A stretch of DNA of 64,000 nt, taken from the NCBI RefSeq assembly GCF_902652985.1, contig NC_047023.1, positions 33,480,001-33,544,000 on the forward strand. The letters run 5' to 3'. The notes beneath the pieces were generated by a model, which saw only the letters and a list, made by a program, of their open reading frames with translations, was not told the DNA's origin and made no database searches. The stretch comes from Pecten maximus (taxonomy: Eukaryota). Each line of letters opens with the position of its first letter. Position 1 is the first letter of the stretch. Positions 13,136-26,897 of this stretch are shown one piece after another. A program made the position numbers and the translations under genes.

Positions 13136-14401
13136 TCACATTACAAGTGTGGCAGGTTTTGATTTTAAATAGTGTACATACTATATGGTCACCTTCTTGC
13201 TTTGGTCTTGGAGGGGGGATTTCTCTAGGCTAAGTCAGTAGAATGCATATGGCAGGTCATGGCCAGTAGCGGGGATTGCAGGTTCAATCCTACTCCAACA
13301 ATGTTAGAGGTTTTACACGGCGAGATCTGCAAAATAATATCCGATAGAAAAAGAGCCGACCAGCGGCCTCTTATGTTATAGGAGTAGTTCAATCCCTAGA
13401 ACGAATAATCATACCCTGCCTTCACTCCGTTCTGACGACGACAATCTGTCAGAAATCTTCCGTCCGTCGTTCAGAGCTACGTCATCGCAGCTATTCAATC
13501 CCTGGTAGAGGCACTCTACTCTTTCCTATTACTAAAAATTTGGTACCATTGACCAATCCAAGTGCAAGGTACTATAGGAGAATGATCAGTTTCGTTGGAG
13601 ATAGAACCGACTTGATATGTGTTCGGGGGCGAACACATTTGAAAAGTTAGGAGTATATAGGGTGGCAGGTTTTCATTTTAAATGTGATACTACAAAATGA
13701 TACAGTTGCCTTCTAGCTTCACTAAGCAAATTATCAATGGAAAGAAACAGTATTAGTTATTTTTATTTAGCACATTCCTTCAATTTACAATTTTTGTTTT
13801 CGTCACTGAATGACAGCCTTACGTACCAACCAATGTTTGTGTGGTAATGTGGAGTTACAGAAATTATAATAACTATACTTCAGAATGTTATATTGTAAGG
13901 GTTGTCCCCCTTGTTCTGATTTTACCTCTGAACTAAATTTATATTTAAATTAAATTAGTTACGTCGTAGGTACCAATAATGGCATGACGGGAGACGTTTC
14001 AAAATTGACCTCAGAAAATATGAAGTGTTCATAACATGGTATTGTGTAGGAACTAAGAAAATCTAGCTGACTGACACAAATAAACAGAAACCTGGTGTTT
14101 CTGCTATACTGTATGCGTGTGGAGATTTTCCCATCAGACCTTAAAACAAATCAGATGTTGACTTTTTTTTAGCTTTGAATAACTTTCTTCTATGTTTTAA
14201 ATGTTTGCAATTAACCTGATGGCCATAGTTGTTTACCTCAACAAATTCGTTCTTTCTGGCAGAAATTACAATTGCCTTTTCTACCTCCGGAACTAGAGAG
14301 TCAAAAGGGGTCTGACGACTTAACAGGATCGGTCAGGATCAGGAGACAACAGAATCGGAATAGTACGGAATCTTGTATCACTATAGTGGTTGTGTATGGG
14401 A

Positions 14402-14719
14402 GGTCGGTCTTATATTCCGAATGCTCTTTAGCCGACAGTCCGAAGACTCGACAGTCCGAATATAGGTAAATATAGGGGGCGGGGGGGGGGGGGGGGGGGG
14501 GGGGGGCTTTTTGGCACAACGATTTTTTTTCTTTTGGTTTTTAATTTCCTTTTTTTTCCGTATACATAATGTAAATATGTTTAATATACTCCATGGGAAA
14601 CCTTCATACCATACCTGTATATAACCACTCGACTACGTTACAATATTACATATTTTCGCACTCCCGGGCTTTAAGGCTTTCAGACTATAGGGCATTCGGA
14701 ATATATAAGGCGGTCACCG
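14402..14719. mobile_element. Putative degenerate MITE containing a poly-G tract
   Basis: Inverted repeats cttatattccgaatgc / gcattcggaatatataag; short acagtccgaa repeats inside. Confidence 0.45.
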
Positions 14720-16126
14720 TTTGTAAGCTGCATGAATGCCTTGGATAAAGTTTACATGGGTCGTAATTTAGAGTAAAAGGGCTGATGACTGACAACTTTT
14801 ACTTTTTCGTGTTTTAGGGTACAAGTCAGTGTACATGCGCACGACATAATAAAAATTTGATTATATCGTGCAGAAACGGCTTTGATAAAAAAAAGATTTA
14901 TAGAATAATAAATAGTTTCTGTGACATCCTTCTTGAAATTACATAATTATACAGATTTTCGATCTTGGGGTCTATATTAGAAAATGAAGTTAAATTCTGT
15001 CATAATTTTATCAGTTATGTTCTAATTCACCAGTTCAAACGAACATAAATTATTTATCAAATAAAACTCAACACACTGTGTTCAGAATACCGCTTACTGC
15101 AGCTGACGCTATTTACTGGGCACTCATTTTCATAAAAAAAAATCACGACGATGTCCATAATCACACGCGATACCGCCATAATAGTCCTTGCTCTTCGACC
15201 TCTTTACCACATCCTTGTCTGGCTTACAGACCTGTAACAAAGAAAACAAAACAAGAACAACTTCTCTTTCCAAGATATATTTGGTAGGCGGGGGATAGGG
15301 GGGGGGGGGGGGGGGTGGGGGTAAACTATAGCGTCTGTCGAGGTGCGCTGCAAAAGCTCGAATGACCCACGTACCTAGTACACCTGTAGAACTCACCTGT
15401 ACCACAGGTAAAGCACGTGCATCGTTACCCAATACACTCAATGCCCCATAGTCACCCCACGGGTGCCCCTCACTGTAAACACAGTGCAAACGTAATTCAA
15501 CTATAGACCGCATGCAGTGACTTGTGATCAGCTAGGGCTCCTGTCTAGCTGTGACCTTCTTTATGACAGGATCACTCGCCACCGCATCATCGGAGACATC
15601 ACCCGATGATAAGTGTAGCGTGGGTCTCCGATGAAGCGAACACGCTTCGAGTGCTAACGTCATCAACGTAAGAACACACAAAACAAGAAATATCTTTAAA
15701 AAGATAAACGGCATAGTTTTAATGCTTATTGTTATAATGTAAAACTGCTGGTGAAATAAATTAACGAACTCATGCGTTTCAGCACGGATACCAAAATTAT
15801 ATCAGTTTGAATCATTTTTGATGATAATATGACTGCATTTGTATCAGGAATATGATTTTATGAATGTGTCTATGAAAAGATACAGCCACTTATTCAGCTT
15901 GCATTCAGTCTTAACTGTTTCGTTTTTAACTGCATATCTCTTTAAAGAGAAACGGATATTCAAGGCAGTAAGGAGTGAAAGGAGAACGAAACATTGGCAT
16001 GGGAAGTGATGAACATTAGTATCAGCATCAAGCTTTGAAAAGTGCTTTGTGTATACTTCTGTTGTCGGCATCGGTGAAGATTAGCTCTTATCTAAATTGC
16101 TTGGGTGGATATATATATAGATATGT

Positions 16127-16128
<2 letters not shown>

Positions 16129-16172
<44 letters not shown>
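16129..16172. repeat. (CT)n microsatellite
   Basis: About 22 uninterrupted CT units. Confidence 0.95.
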
Positions 16173-16178
<6 letters not shown>

Positions 16179-17821
16179 AAATATGTAAATATGTGTAAAT
16201 ATGCCATCTTGTTGTAATGAGTATGTATAATTATATCGGGAAAGGGCTTTATATAAGTTGTATAACTTGTGCCCAATCCCTTTGTAAAGTTCAGTTACAA
16301 ATGTAGTGTTGATAAAAACAACAACATTGAATTCGTTGACTCCGGCATCATTCCCTAACCCGCGGTAGGCTGTAAACATAACATGTAGAGCGATGCTGGA
16401 TTTTATTCTATCTCAAATGAATTTACTTGTATGTTAACATGTTTTACCTGTGGAAAGTAAGAAACTGACTATAATTGGTTTGCATTGGTCATGCAAAATC
16501 TTTCTTTCTTTGTTCTCCTAAAGGTGCGGAAACACTCCCACGGCCACAGGGGCTTGGCACGATTTTCCAAACACGGCTACGTCATGTACATATATGTAAT
16601 TATATATGATGCATATAATGAAAGCTCCATTTTTGTTTATTTCATACGGGTTAAAATTTAATACACAATTTATATTACGATTGAAATCTATATAAATTTG
16701 ATATGGCTCATTCCGTATACTAGTAGATTCTAGTTGATTCTTTCGAAACCGCACATTTGTGCGGATAGTGACGCACGATGTGCATGCTGTACATTGTGGA
16801 CACGATGGTGCGTCCTTTTACACTGGATCGTATTTCATGACGACTTTATTGGAGGGATTTGTTGGTGAATAAGACAGAAATCACAACACGACACCATCAT
16901 TTTTGCTTCCTGGCGCGAAACTGTTTTTCTTTTATTCCGGAAAACACCAAGACAAACTAATTTTTGGAACCATCCGGAAATAAGACATTTAATGGTAACC
17001 TAAAAAAATATATTTTACATAATTTTCATAATAGTAGCTACATATTAAATTAAAGTCACACGGAAAATTTCACATCGCCCAGGGCGACACTCATCAACAG
17101 TTGTATAGAAATATTACCATCGTGTTTACATCGACAAATAATTTAATTTAAAATCAGGTACAGGTGAAACCACAATGCGACGCCCGAGACATCACTTGAC
17201 GTCACACGAGGCTCTCGCCGACACCCACGTGACGTAATCACGAGCGATATTAATTATGTACAATTACATTACATATGATTTTCCCTATTTATATTGTACA
17301 AATCCTGGAAGGAGACGCATTATGTCTGAATAAAATGCATAAAACTAAATGTATACAAACGAGTCTTACACCTATACTAGAAAAAAATAATTATATTTTC
17401 GAATTTTCTACTTGCTAAAAGACATTAAGTGATATCGGTTTCCCCATTATTTTGCCATCTCTGTGTCCACTTTGATCACTACCTTCACTTTATGAAATCA
17501 GAATAATTGTTTTATGGGTGACATATCTGCGATAGCATAAACATATATCGCACCACCTAATTCACGTCGTACAAATCCGTCTGCATGAACACTCCACCAT
17601 TTAAGCTTGTTCATTTGGATCTAGCTCAGACAAAAATGCACGAAGACATGCAATCATCAAGGATTTTGTCGATTTTGATTCAAAATGAGCAGTTGCCAGT
17701 ATCACAATGTCGGATGTTATTAATCAAAACATAAAATGTATCACCACGTCTAATAAGGTAAAATGATTCATGTACGTTTTTATGTATTGTATAAAAATAT
17801 TAATGTACAATCTGGATCGAT

Positions 17822-20800
17822 AACATAGAATGTTGGGATTATAGAATGTGGGGATTACATAGAATGTGGGGATTACATAGAATGTGGGGATTATATACAA
17901 TGTGGGGATTATATACAATGTGGGGGTTATATACAATGTGGGGATTACATAGAATGTGGGGATTACATAGAATGTGGGGATTATATACAATGTGGGGATT
18001 ATATACAATGTGGGGATTATATACAATGTGGGGATTACATACAATGTGGGGATTACATAGAATGTGGGGATTACATAGAATATGGGAATTACATAGAATG
18101 TGGGGATTATATACAATGTGGGGATTACATACAATGTGGGGATTACATAGAATGTGGGGATTATATACAATGTGGGGATTACATAGAATGTGGGGATTAT
18201 ATACAATGTGGGGGTTATATACAATGTGGGGATTACATAGAATGTGGGGATTACATAGAATGTGGGGATTATATACAATGTGGGGATTATATACAATGTG
18301 GGGATTATATACAATGTGGGGATTACATACAATGTGGGGATTACATAGAATGTGGGGTTACATAGAATATGGGAATTACATAGAATGTGAGGATTACATA
18401 GAATGTGAAGATTACATAGAATGTGGGAATTACCTACAATGTGGGGATTAAATAGAATGTGGGGATTACCTACAATGTGGGGATTACATAGAATGTGGGG
18501 ATTACATAGAAAGTGGGGATTACATAGAAAGTGGGGATTACATAGAATGTGGGGGTTACATAGAATGTGGGAATTACATAGATAATAGAATTGTGACATT
18601 ACATAGAATGTGGGAATTACCTTACAATGTGGGATTAAATAGAATGTGGGGATTACCTTACAATGTTGGATTACATAGAATGTGGCGGATTATATAGCAA
18701 TGGGGGATTACATAGAACTGTGGGGATTACATAGACTGGTGGGGATTACATAGAATGTGGGGCAATTACATAGTGAATGTGCGGGATTAATATTTAACCA
18801 TGTTGGGGATTACATAGAATGTGGGATTACCTCGAATGTGGGGGATTACATAGAATGTGGGGATTAATACGAATGTGGGCTTACAATAGAATGTGGGGAA
18901 TTATCTAGAATTTGTGGGGAGTTACATACAGAATCGCCTGGGGGTTACAATAGAATGTGGGGATTAACATAGAATGTGGGGATTACATAGAATGTGAGGA
19001 TTACCATAGTAATGTGGGGGTTGGTACATAGAATGTGGAATTACATAGATGTGGGATTACATAGAATGTGGGAATTACATAGAATGTGAGGATTACATAG
19101 AATGTGGGGATTACATAGAATGTGGGGATTACATAGAATGTGGGGATTACATAGAATGTGGGATTACATAGAATGTGGGGATTACATAGAATGTGGGGAT
19201 TACATAGAATGTGGGAATTACATAGAATGTGGGGATTACATACAATGTGGGGATTACATAGAATGTGGGGATTACATAGAATGTGGGGATTACATAGAAT
19301 GTGGGGATTACATAGAATGTGGGGTTTACATACAATGTGGGGATTACATACAATGTGGGGATTACATAGAATGTGGGGATTACATAGAATGTGGGGATTA
19401 CATAGAATGTGGGGATTACATAGAATGTGGGGATTACATAGAATGTGGGGATTACATAGAATGTGGGGATTACATAGAATGTGGGATTACATAGAATGTG
19501 AGGATTACATAGAATGTGGGATTACATAGAATGTGGGGATTACATAGAATGTGGGGATTACATAGAATGTGGGGATTACATACAATGTGGGGATTAAATA
19601 GAATGTGGGGATTATAGAATGTGGGGATTGCATAGAATGTGGGGATTACATAGAATGTGGGGAATTACATAGAATGTGGGGATTATAGAATGTGGGGATT
19701 ACATAGAATGTGGGGATTACATAGAATGTGGGGATTATATAGAATGTGGGGATTACATAGAATGTGGGGATTATAAACAATGTGGGGATTACATACAATG
19801 TGGGGATTACATAGAATGTGGGGATTACATACAATGTGGGGATTACATAGAATGTGGGGATTACATACAATGTGGGGATTACATAGAATGTGGGGATTAC
19901 ATAGAATGTGGGGATTACATAGAATGTGGGGGTTACATAGAATGTGGGGATTAAATAGAATGTGAGGATTACATAGAATGTGGGGATTACATAGAATGTG
20001 GGGGTTACATAGAATGTGGAGATTACATAGAATGTGGGGGTTACATAGAATGTGGGGATTACATAGAATGTGAGGATTACATAGAATGGGGGGATTACAT
20101 AGAATGTGGGGATTACATACAATGTGGGGATTACATAGAATGTGGGGATTATAGAATGTGGGGTTTACATACAATGTGGGGATTATATAGAATGTGGGGA
20201 TTACATAGAATGTGAGGATTACATAGAATGTGGGAATTACATAGAATGTGGGAATTACATAGAATGTGGGGATTATAGAATGTGGGGATTACATAGAATG
20301 TGGGGATTACCTACAATGTGGGGATTACATAGAATGTGGGGATTATAGAATGTGGGGTTTACATACAATGTGGGGATTACATACAATGTGGGGATTACAT
20401 AGAATGAGGGGATTACATAGAATGTGGGGATTATATAGAATGTGGGAATTACATAGAATGTGAGGATTACATACAATGTGGGGATTACATAGAATGTGGG
20501 GATTATATACAATGTGGGGATTATATAGAATGTGGGGATTACATAGAATGTGGGGATTACCTACAATGTGGGGATTACATAGAATGTGGGGATTATATAC
20601 AATGTGGGGATTACATGGAATGTGGGGATTATAGAATGTGGGGTTTACATACAATGTGGGGATTACATACAATGTGGGGATTACATAGAATGTGGGGATT
20701 ACATAGAATGTGGGGATTATAGAATGTGGGGTTTACATACAATGTGGGGATTACATACAATGTGGGGATTACATAGAATGTGGGGATTACCTACAATGTG

Positions 20801-21757
20801 GGGATTACATAGAATGTGGGGATTATAGAATGTGGGGTTTACATACAATGTGGGGATTACATACAATGTGGGGATTACATAGAATGTGGGGATTACCTAC
20901 AATGTGGGGATTACATAGAATGTGGGGTTTACATACAATGTGGGGATTACATACAATGTGGGGATTACATACAATGTGGGGATTACCTACAATGTGGGGA
21001 TTACATAGAATGGGGGGATTATAGAATGTGGGGATTACATAGAATGTGGGGATTACATAGAATGTGGGGATTACATAGAATGTGGGGATTACATACAATG
21101 TGAGGATTACATACAATGTGGGGATACATAGAATGTGGGGATTATATACAATGTGGGGATACATAGAATGTGGGGATTATATACAATGTGGGGATTACAT
21201 AGAATGTGGGGATTACATAGAATGTGGGGATTACATACAATGTGGGGATTATATAGAATGTGGGAATTACATAGAATGTGGGGATTACATAGAATGTGAG
21301 GATTACATAAAATGTGGGGATTAAATAGAATGTGGGGATTACATAGAATGTGGGGATTATATAGAATGTGGGGATTAAATAGAATGTGGGGATTACATAC
21401 AATGTGGGGATTACATAGAATGTGGGGATTACATAGAATGTGGGGATTACATAGAATGTGAGGATTACATACAATGTGGGGATTATATAGAATGTGAGGA
21501 TTACATACAATGTGGGGATTACATACAATGTGGGGATTATATACAATGTGGGGTTTACATACAATGTGGGGTTTATATAGAATGTGGGGTTTACACACAA
21601 TGTGGGGATTATATACAATGTGGGGATTACATAGAATGTGGGGATTATAGAATGTGGTGTTTACATACAATGTGGGGATTACATAGAATGTGGGGTTTAC
21701 ATACAATGTGGGGTTTACATACAATGTGGGGATTACATACAATGTGGGGATTATATA
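17822..21757. repeat. 18-bp minisatellite, consensus TACATAGAATGTGGGGAT, >200 copies
   Basis: Directly visible tandem array. It generates the MWGLHR / CGDYIE / NPHILC / PTFYVI ORFs in all frames. Confidence 0.98.
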
Positions 21758-21933
21758 ACACGTGTACCACATTACGGTCTCTCAAGCTGTGCGGTCTTAT
21801 ATTGTACCGTTATATGTCCCGTCATGTGGGGGAGTACATATGTAATTTACAACGATGTAACGGCATTATACTAAATTATACATGTACAGGTAAGGCCGAT
21901 TTACAGAAGTAATTTTGGGTATAAACCGTTCTG

Positions 21934-22174
21934 GGCCCAGTTGTTCAAAATGTGATTAGGCTCATAACATTTTAACAACATTTTTCAAATCATGATATAA
22001 TAATTTCTGGTAGAACTAACTTGACAAAACTTTAAGAAATTCTGTAATTCTATATTCTCTTCCAACTGGCATAATTTAAAGATGATATCCTCACAGGTTT
22101 TGCAACAAATGAGAAATCAAATTTGCACTAATTAAGTGCATGATTAAGCTAATCACCTATTAAACAACTGTGCC
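21934..22174. mobile_element. 241-bp MITE, PIF/Harbinger-like
   Basis: TIRs ggcccagttgtt / aacaactgtgcc, extended by gtgattag / ctaatcac; 3-bp TSD CTG at 21931-21933 and 22175-22177. Confidence 0.75.
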
Positions 22175-23574
22175 CTGGACACAAAATCGGTAATGGGAAA
22201 GGTTTTTTTATCACTATAACAAAGAAGGGCCGATTCCGTAGATCGCCATTTCGATCGGTGTCAAGAGGTAATCGGTTTTCGGAAGTTGCGCCGTACAAAG
22301 AAACACAGTAGACGGAGTGGGCCTGTGTTGATCACCTGCTTTTGTTAAGAATTAGCAAAGTTTACTTATTTGACAAAATATGTAGTAGTCCATTCTATCA
22401 TTCTACTGGCCATATATATCATGACCCAGGCTCTTTTGGGTATTGTAACATAATCGTCTGTTGTCCAGAATGTAGGCTAATATTCATTTGAACAATCTCC
22501 GTTGTCCTTTATCCGTGCATACGGGTACAACTGACCAGATTTTATAACACAGGGCCTCTCAGGTTATGGCAATTGTTTTGTGTTTGAAGCATTCAACACA
22601 TTTCACTCCTGTGACATTGAAAGAATGTCAATGTCATTTATTTAAACACACTTTGTATTACTTTAATTTATCATGCAATAAGTCCCATATCATGCCTCTG
22701 GACCTCTCGGTTAGTGAGGAGCCGTTTCAGATTTTAACATATTTGACCACTGTGATCTTAAAAGTAAGTAATTGTCATTCACTTGAACCAACTTGCTAGT
22801 ACTCCATCCCAGTATGCTACTGATACAATATCTGGGCCTTAGCTGTTGATAGGACATTAAACCATAACCAATCAGTCAATAACAAGTCGTTTGCACATTT
22901 GATACCTTTGACCTTGACAGTAGTTCAAGGTCGTTTATTTTAACAAATTTGGTAGTGTTTTGTAATAACACTGGGTCTTTTGGTAACTGTGATAAATCAT
23001 TTAAAGATTTTAACATATTTGACCCCAGTAGGTTATAGACGGTCAATGCCACTCCCATTTTGCTATATGCACGATATCAGGCTTTTTGGCATTTGGGTTA
23101 ATGACAAGTCATTTCATTTCTTTTTTTTTCATATTTGACCCGTGTCGTTAAGACGGTCAAGTTTATTCATTTGAACAAATTTGACAGCCTTTCATCTCGG
23201 CATGGTATTGGTCCAATCTCATGCCTCTCGGACTTAAATTTCAGTTAACGAGCGGAGAGTTCGGCATATAAATAATTAAATATGCCCATAATATATAAAG
23301 CGATAAACGAACTTTGCTACATTGTTAACTTCCACTTCGGCCGTTACTTGTAAGCATGGTCATGCCGAAGAAAGCCGAATCGGTCACATTGTCCAAGTAA
23401 CGAGGTCATGATCATTTCTTTCAGTGAAAAGAAAACATGTTTTTTCCCGCAGATATGACGGAAAGGCCCAGAGTGGTTGAGCGATTTGGTTACGATCGGT
23501 TATATATTAATTATATCAAGACCGCTCTGTTTACATTTGAATTTTTTTTTTTTATATAAATCTACCAGGAATTG

Positions 23575-23912
23575 TTGCAGTCACTTTTATTTTTAGTCAT
23601 GAAATTCACAATTTTGGTAAAGCACCTTAATACCCTTCCATATATGAAGTGTTTGATTCCACCATATCTGAGAGAATTTTGAAGTTCTAGTCAATTTGAC
23701 CCTTTTTTAGCCCTGCCCCTCAGGCCCTTTGGGGTCGGGGACCATATAATTCACAATTTAGGTTGACCTTTAGTCATGCATAGAAGCTTCCTGCCAAATT
23801 TCATTGAATTTGCTTCAGCGATTTTGGAGAAGTCAAAAATGTAATTGCTTATGGACAGACGGACAAAAGGCGATTAGAATAGTCACTTCATCAAAGCTCA
23901 GGTGACCTAATA
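23575..23912 (-). mobile_element. Helentron/HINE-like non-autonomous element fragment
   Basis: Ends in gacagacggaca...tagtcacttcatcaaagctcaggtgacctaataa (terminal hairpin plus GACG/GACA microsatellite remnant); repeated internal aattcacaattt blocks. Confidence 0.6.
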
Positions 23913-26010
23913 AAAAGTCAAAGAAGTAACGCATTAGCATACTACTGTACAGTTTTGTGTAGTTTTTATTTAATTTTACTATAATAACAGTGTTTGTAAG
24001 CAGACAAATTACAAAGAACATGTACTTACATAGTAATCCTGTTACCATTCATGTTGAATTCATGAAATATTTACCAAAATGCTTACAATCAATGAAATAT
24101 TTATCAGAATACTTATCATTAATGAAATATTTATCAAAATATTCACAATGTAACATTACTGCAAGATATTTACTGCAAAATATAATTAAATGTGTGTGTA
24201 TTTAAACGAACATTATAGATAAAGTTGTAATACTACATATATACCAGTTATCCAATAAACAATCTCCCTTTCATTCCTGCCTTCTCAGTTGTAATTCTGA
24301 ATTACACAAAGTACATTCTTGTATGGCACTATCAAATATGTACTAAATAAATCAAACACTTGAACAGTATTAGAATTAACAAGGTCCTTTACATATTCTT
24401 TTCAGGGCAGAACTCTTCTGGAGGGGAGATGACTTTGTAGAAAGGTAGTATACATCCTTAAGTGTAAAACAGACTTTCTTCAGTCAAATATCTCTTGTAC
24501 ATGTTTTACTTAATCATCTGAGGCATGTAAATTGAATTTCATTATAGGTACAATTATTGTACATGAACACAAAATACCCATACGGCTAGTGATATCAACA
24601 TACATGTACATCTAGTATATCAATGAAAAATTATATATATTAAATAACAGCCATTTAATAGCTAAGCACTTATGTCTGATATTAATTGTTGCAATGCTTC
24701 ATAAAATACCAACTTCTACCGTCAATTATTAAACAACAGAAATATATCTCGCCTGGAGCTCTGTCTTATTTCAAATGATAAATAATTTAAACAAAGTTTT
24801 TACCATCAAGTTCATCTACCAAATATTAGTACTGTGTTGACATTTCGATTTTCTTGGCTGGAAAATATTCTTCTATATTGCTCGGTATGACCTCCAAAAT
24901 GGGTCAAGGTCATATATGTACCTTAAGATCTTCACACCAGCCAACTACAGGCCAAATGTATATCATATATATTGTCTCTCTAGATACAACTGAAGGTCTC
25001 CAAAAATAAAAATACCAATACCTATAATAAGTACAGTGTAACTACATGTACCTCAGATTTTTTTCTTTTTACAAAACTTAAAAAAAAATATGACAACAGA
25101 CACTAGGTCATCACATCTGCTCACAAACATTCCATGCTGTATGAGCTTAAGTCTTTATCACTGACAATGTGACTCTAAATGACAAATTATCAATGGGATG
25201 TAATATAAAAACCATACAAAACCAATGACATCATTAACTAAATGCATACCAACCAGGTAATATGAGTTAATGCCATTTCATACATTGATGAAAACAAATG
25301 TTTTAAAAATAGGTGAATATCAAAATACAGTAATCCACCAGAAAATGTAACAACAGGACTATCCTGTAAAATTTCTGGTGATTTTTTGCTAAACTTTTGA
25401 TTCTCTACTGATTATGTACAGACCAAATAGGTTTATAAATATGGAACTTTATAAGTATGAAGGGTGTGAGCAAATAGTTGGCAAATCTGAGTCAATCACT
25501 GAATCAGAATGTTTACCTGAACTGGCTGTACCATTAGGTTGTCGCCTGTAGGCCTATATATATACATGTATATAGCTAGGTATATGGCAGTTTTGCATGT
25601 CTTCACAACAACCAATAGGATCATATCAAATCAATGTTTATTATATGTACATCAAATTACAACTTCCATCAATAGAAATTTATTTGTCTACTTGATTTTT
25701 TTAAACACATTTTCAAATCTGCAGAAATAACAAGGGAATGTCTAAGACAAAGAAGCAAGCCCACTGCCATTTAAAATTAATGAAAATATAACTAGAAATG
25801 TCAAAGTATATGCAACTTTGACCCGTGATACCAAATACATGTACTTAGCACAAGATTGTTCAAATCACATTGGTTGTATACTTCATCTCTGCATGAAGGT
25901 CAACGAAAATCAAACCACAAATGAACAGAGGACTTGAATAAGGATTCCTATCCAACCTTGCCTTTAAAAACTTGTGATGAAACATTCAAGCTTGATGAAT
26001 GATGATCACT

Positions 26011-26225
26011 TTGGTTTGGTTTGTTTTTGTTTAACGTCCTATTAAAAGCCAGGGTCATTTAAGGACGTGCCAGGTTTTGGAGGTGGAGGAAAGCCGGAGT
26101 ACCCGGAGAAAAACCACCGGCTTACAGTCAGTACCTGGCAACTGCCCCACGTAGGTTTCGAACTCGCAACCCAGAGGTGGAGGGCTAGTGGTAAAGTGTC
26201 GGGACACCTTAACCACTCGGCCACC
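26011..26225 (-). mobile_element. tRNA-derived V-domain SINE
   Basis: Minus strand has A box tggccgagtgg, B box gttcgaaac, V-like core ggtttttctccgggtactccggctttcctccacc and an (AAACC)-type tail; 14-bp TSD gaatgatgatcact at 25997-26010 and 26226-26239. Confidence 0.9.
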
Positions 26226-26674
26226 GAATGATGATCACTACAAGCCTGATGACATATTGATACCATAAATATCATACAATCGTCAATTCCGTCAATGTCT
26301 GACAGGCATATAAAAAAATATGATATTCTGCTCAATTCAGCAACTGCAAGTTTTAATCTATAGCTCTGTAGGCTTATACTATCCATAATCAAAATGTTTC
26401 TAAGACATTTTTTGTTCCATGTCAAAACTCACAGTAAACAGTACTTTTGGTTTTTACAATAAATGCAATTTTCATCCGACAATAAACCCATGCCTAATGG
26501 GTAATAAGCTCGCAGATAAATATACTAATTTTAAATAAACAGAATACTGAACCAACTGCTTTTTCATTGGTCAATAATAAGCCAATGCATCAACTAAATA
26601 ATGCTTTAGATGTAATGTGTTACTCCCTGGGTTTATTGAATGATACATAATACCAGGTTTGCTAAAATTTAACA

Positions 26675-26897
26675 TTTGGTTTGGTTTGTTTTTAACGTCC
26701 TATTAACAGCCAGGGTCATTTAAGGACGTGCCAGGTTTTGAAGGTGGAGGAGAGCCGGAGTACCCAGAGAAAAACCACCGGCCTATGGTCAGTACCTGGC
26801 AACTGCCCCACGTAGGTTTCGAACTCGCAACCCAGAGGTGGAGGGCTAGTGATAAAGTGTCGTGACACCTTAACCACACAGCCACCGCAGCCCCTAT
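26675..26897 (-). mobile_element. tRNA-derived V-domain SINE, full length
   Basis: Same family as 26011-26225; imperfect TSD ctaaaatttaaca / ctaaaatttatca. Confidence 0.9.

Noticed and set aside
14301-15513. Poly-proline ORFs
   Set aside because: Caused by poly-G tracts at ~14476-14506 and ~15298-15321.
17724-21912. Many long ORFs (MWGLHR, CGDYIE, NPHILC, PTFYVI repeats)
   Set aside because: Translations of an 18-bp tandem repeat open in several frames on both strands, with frequent frameshifts; no unique coding sequence.
23368-23480. Possible spliced micro-ORF MVMPKKAESVTLSK-YDGKAQSG
   Set aside because: Only 22 aa, needs a 56-nt intron, and has no recognisable homology.
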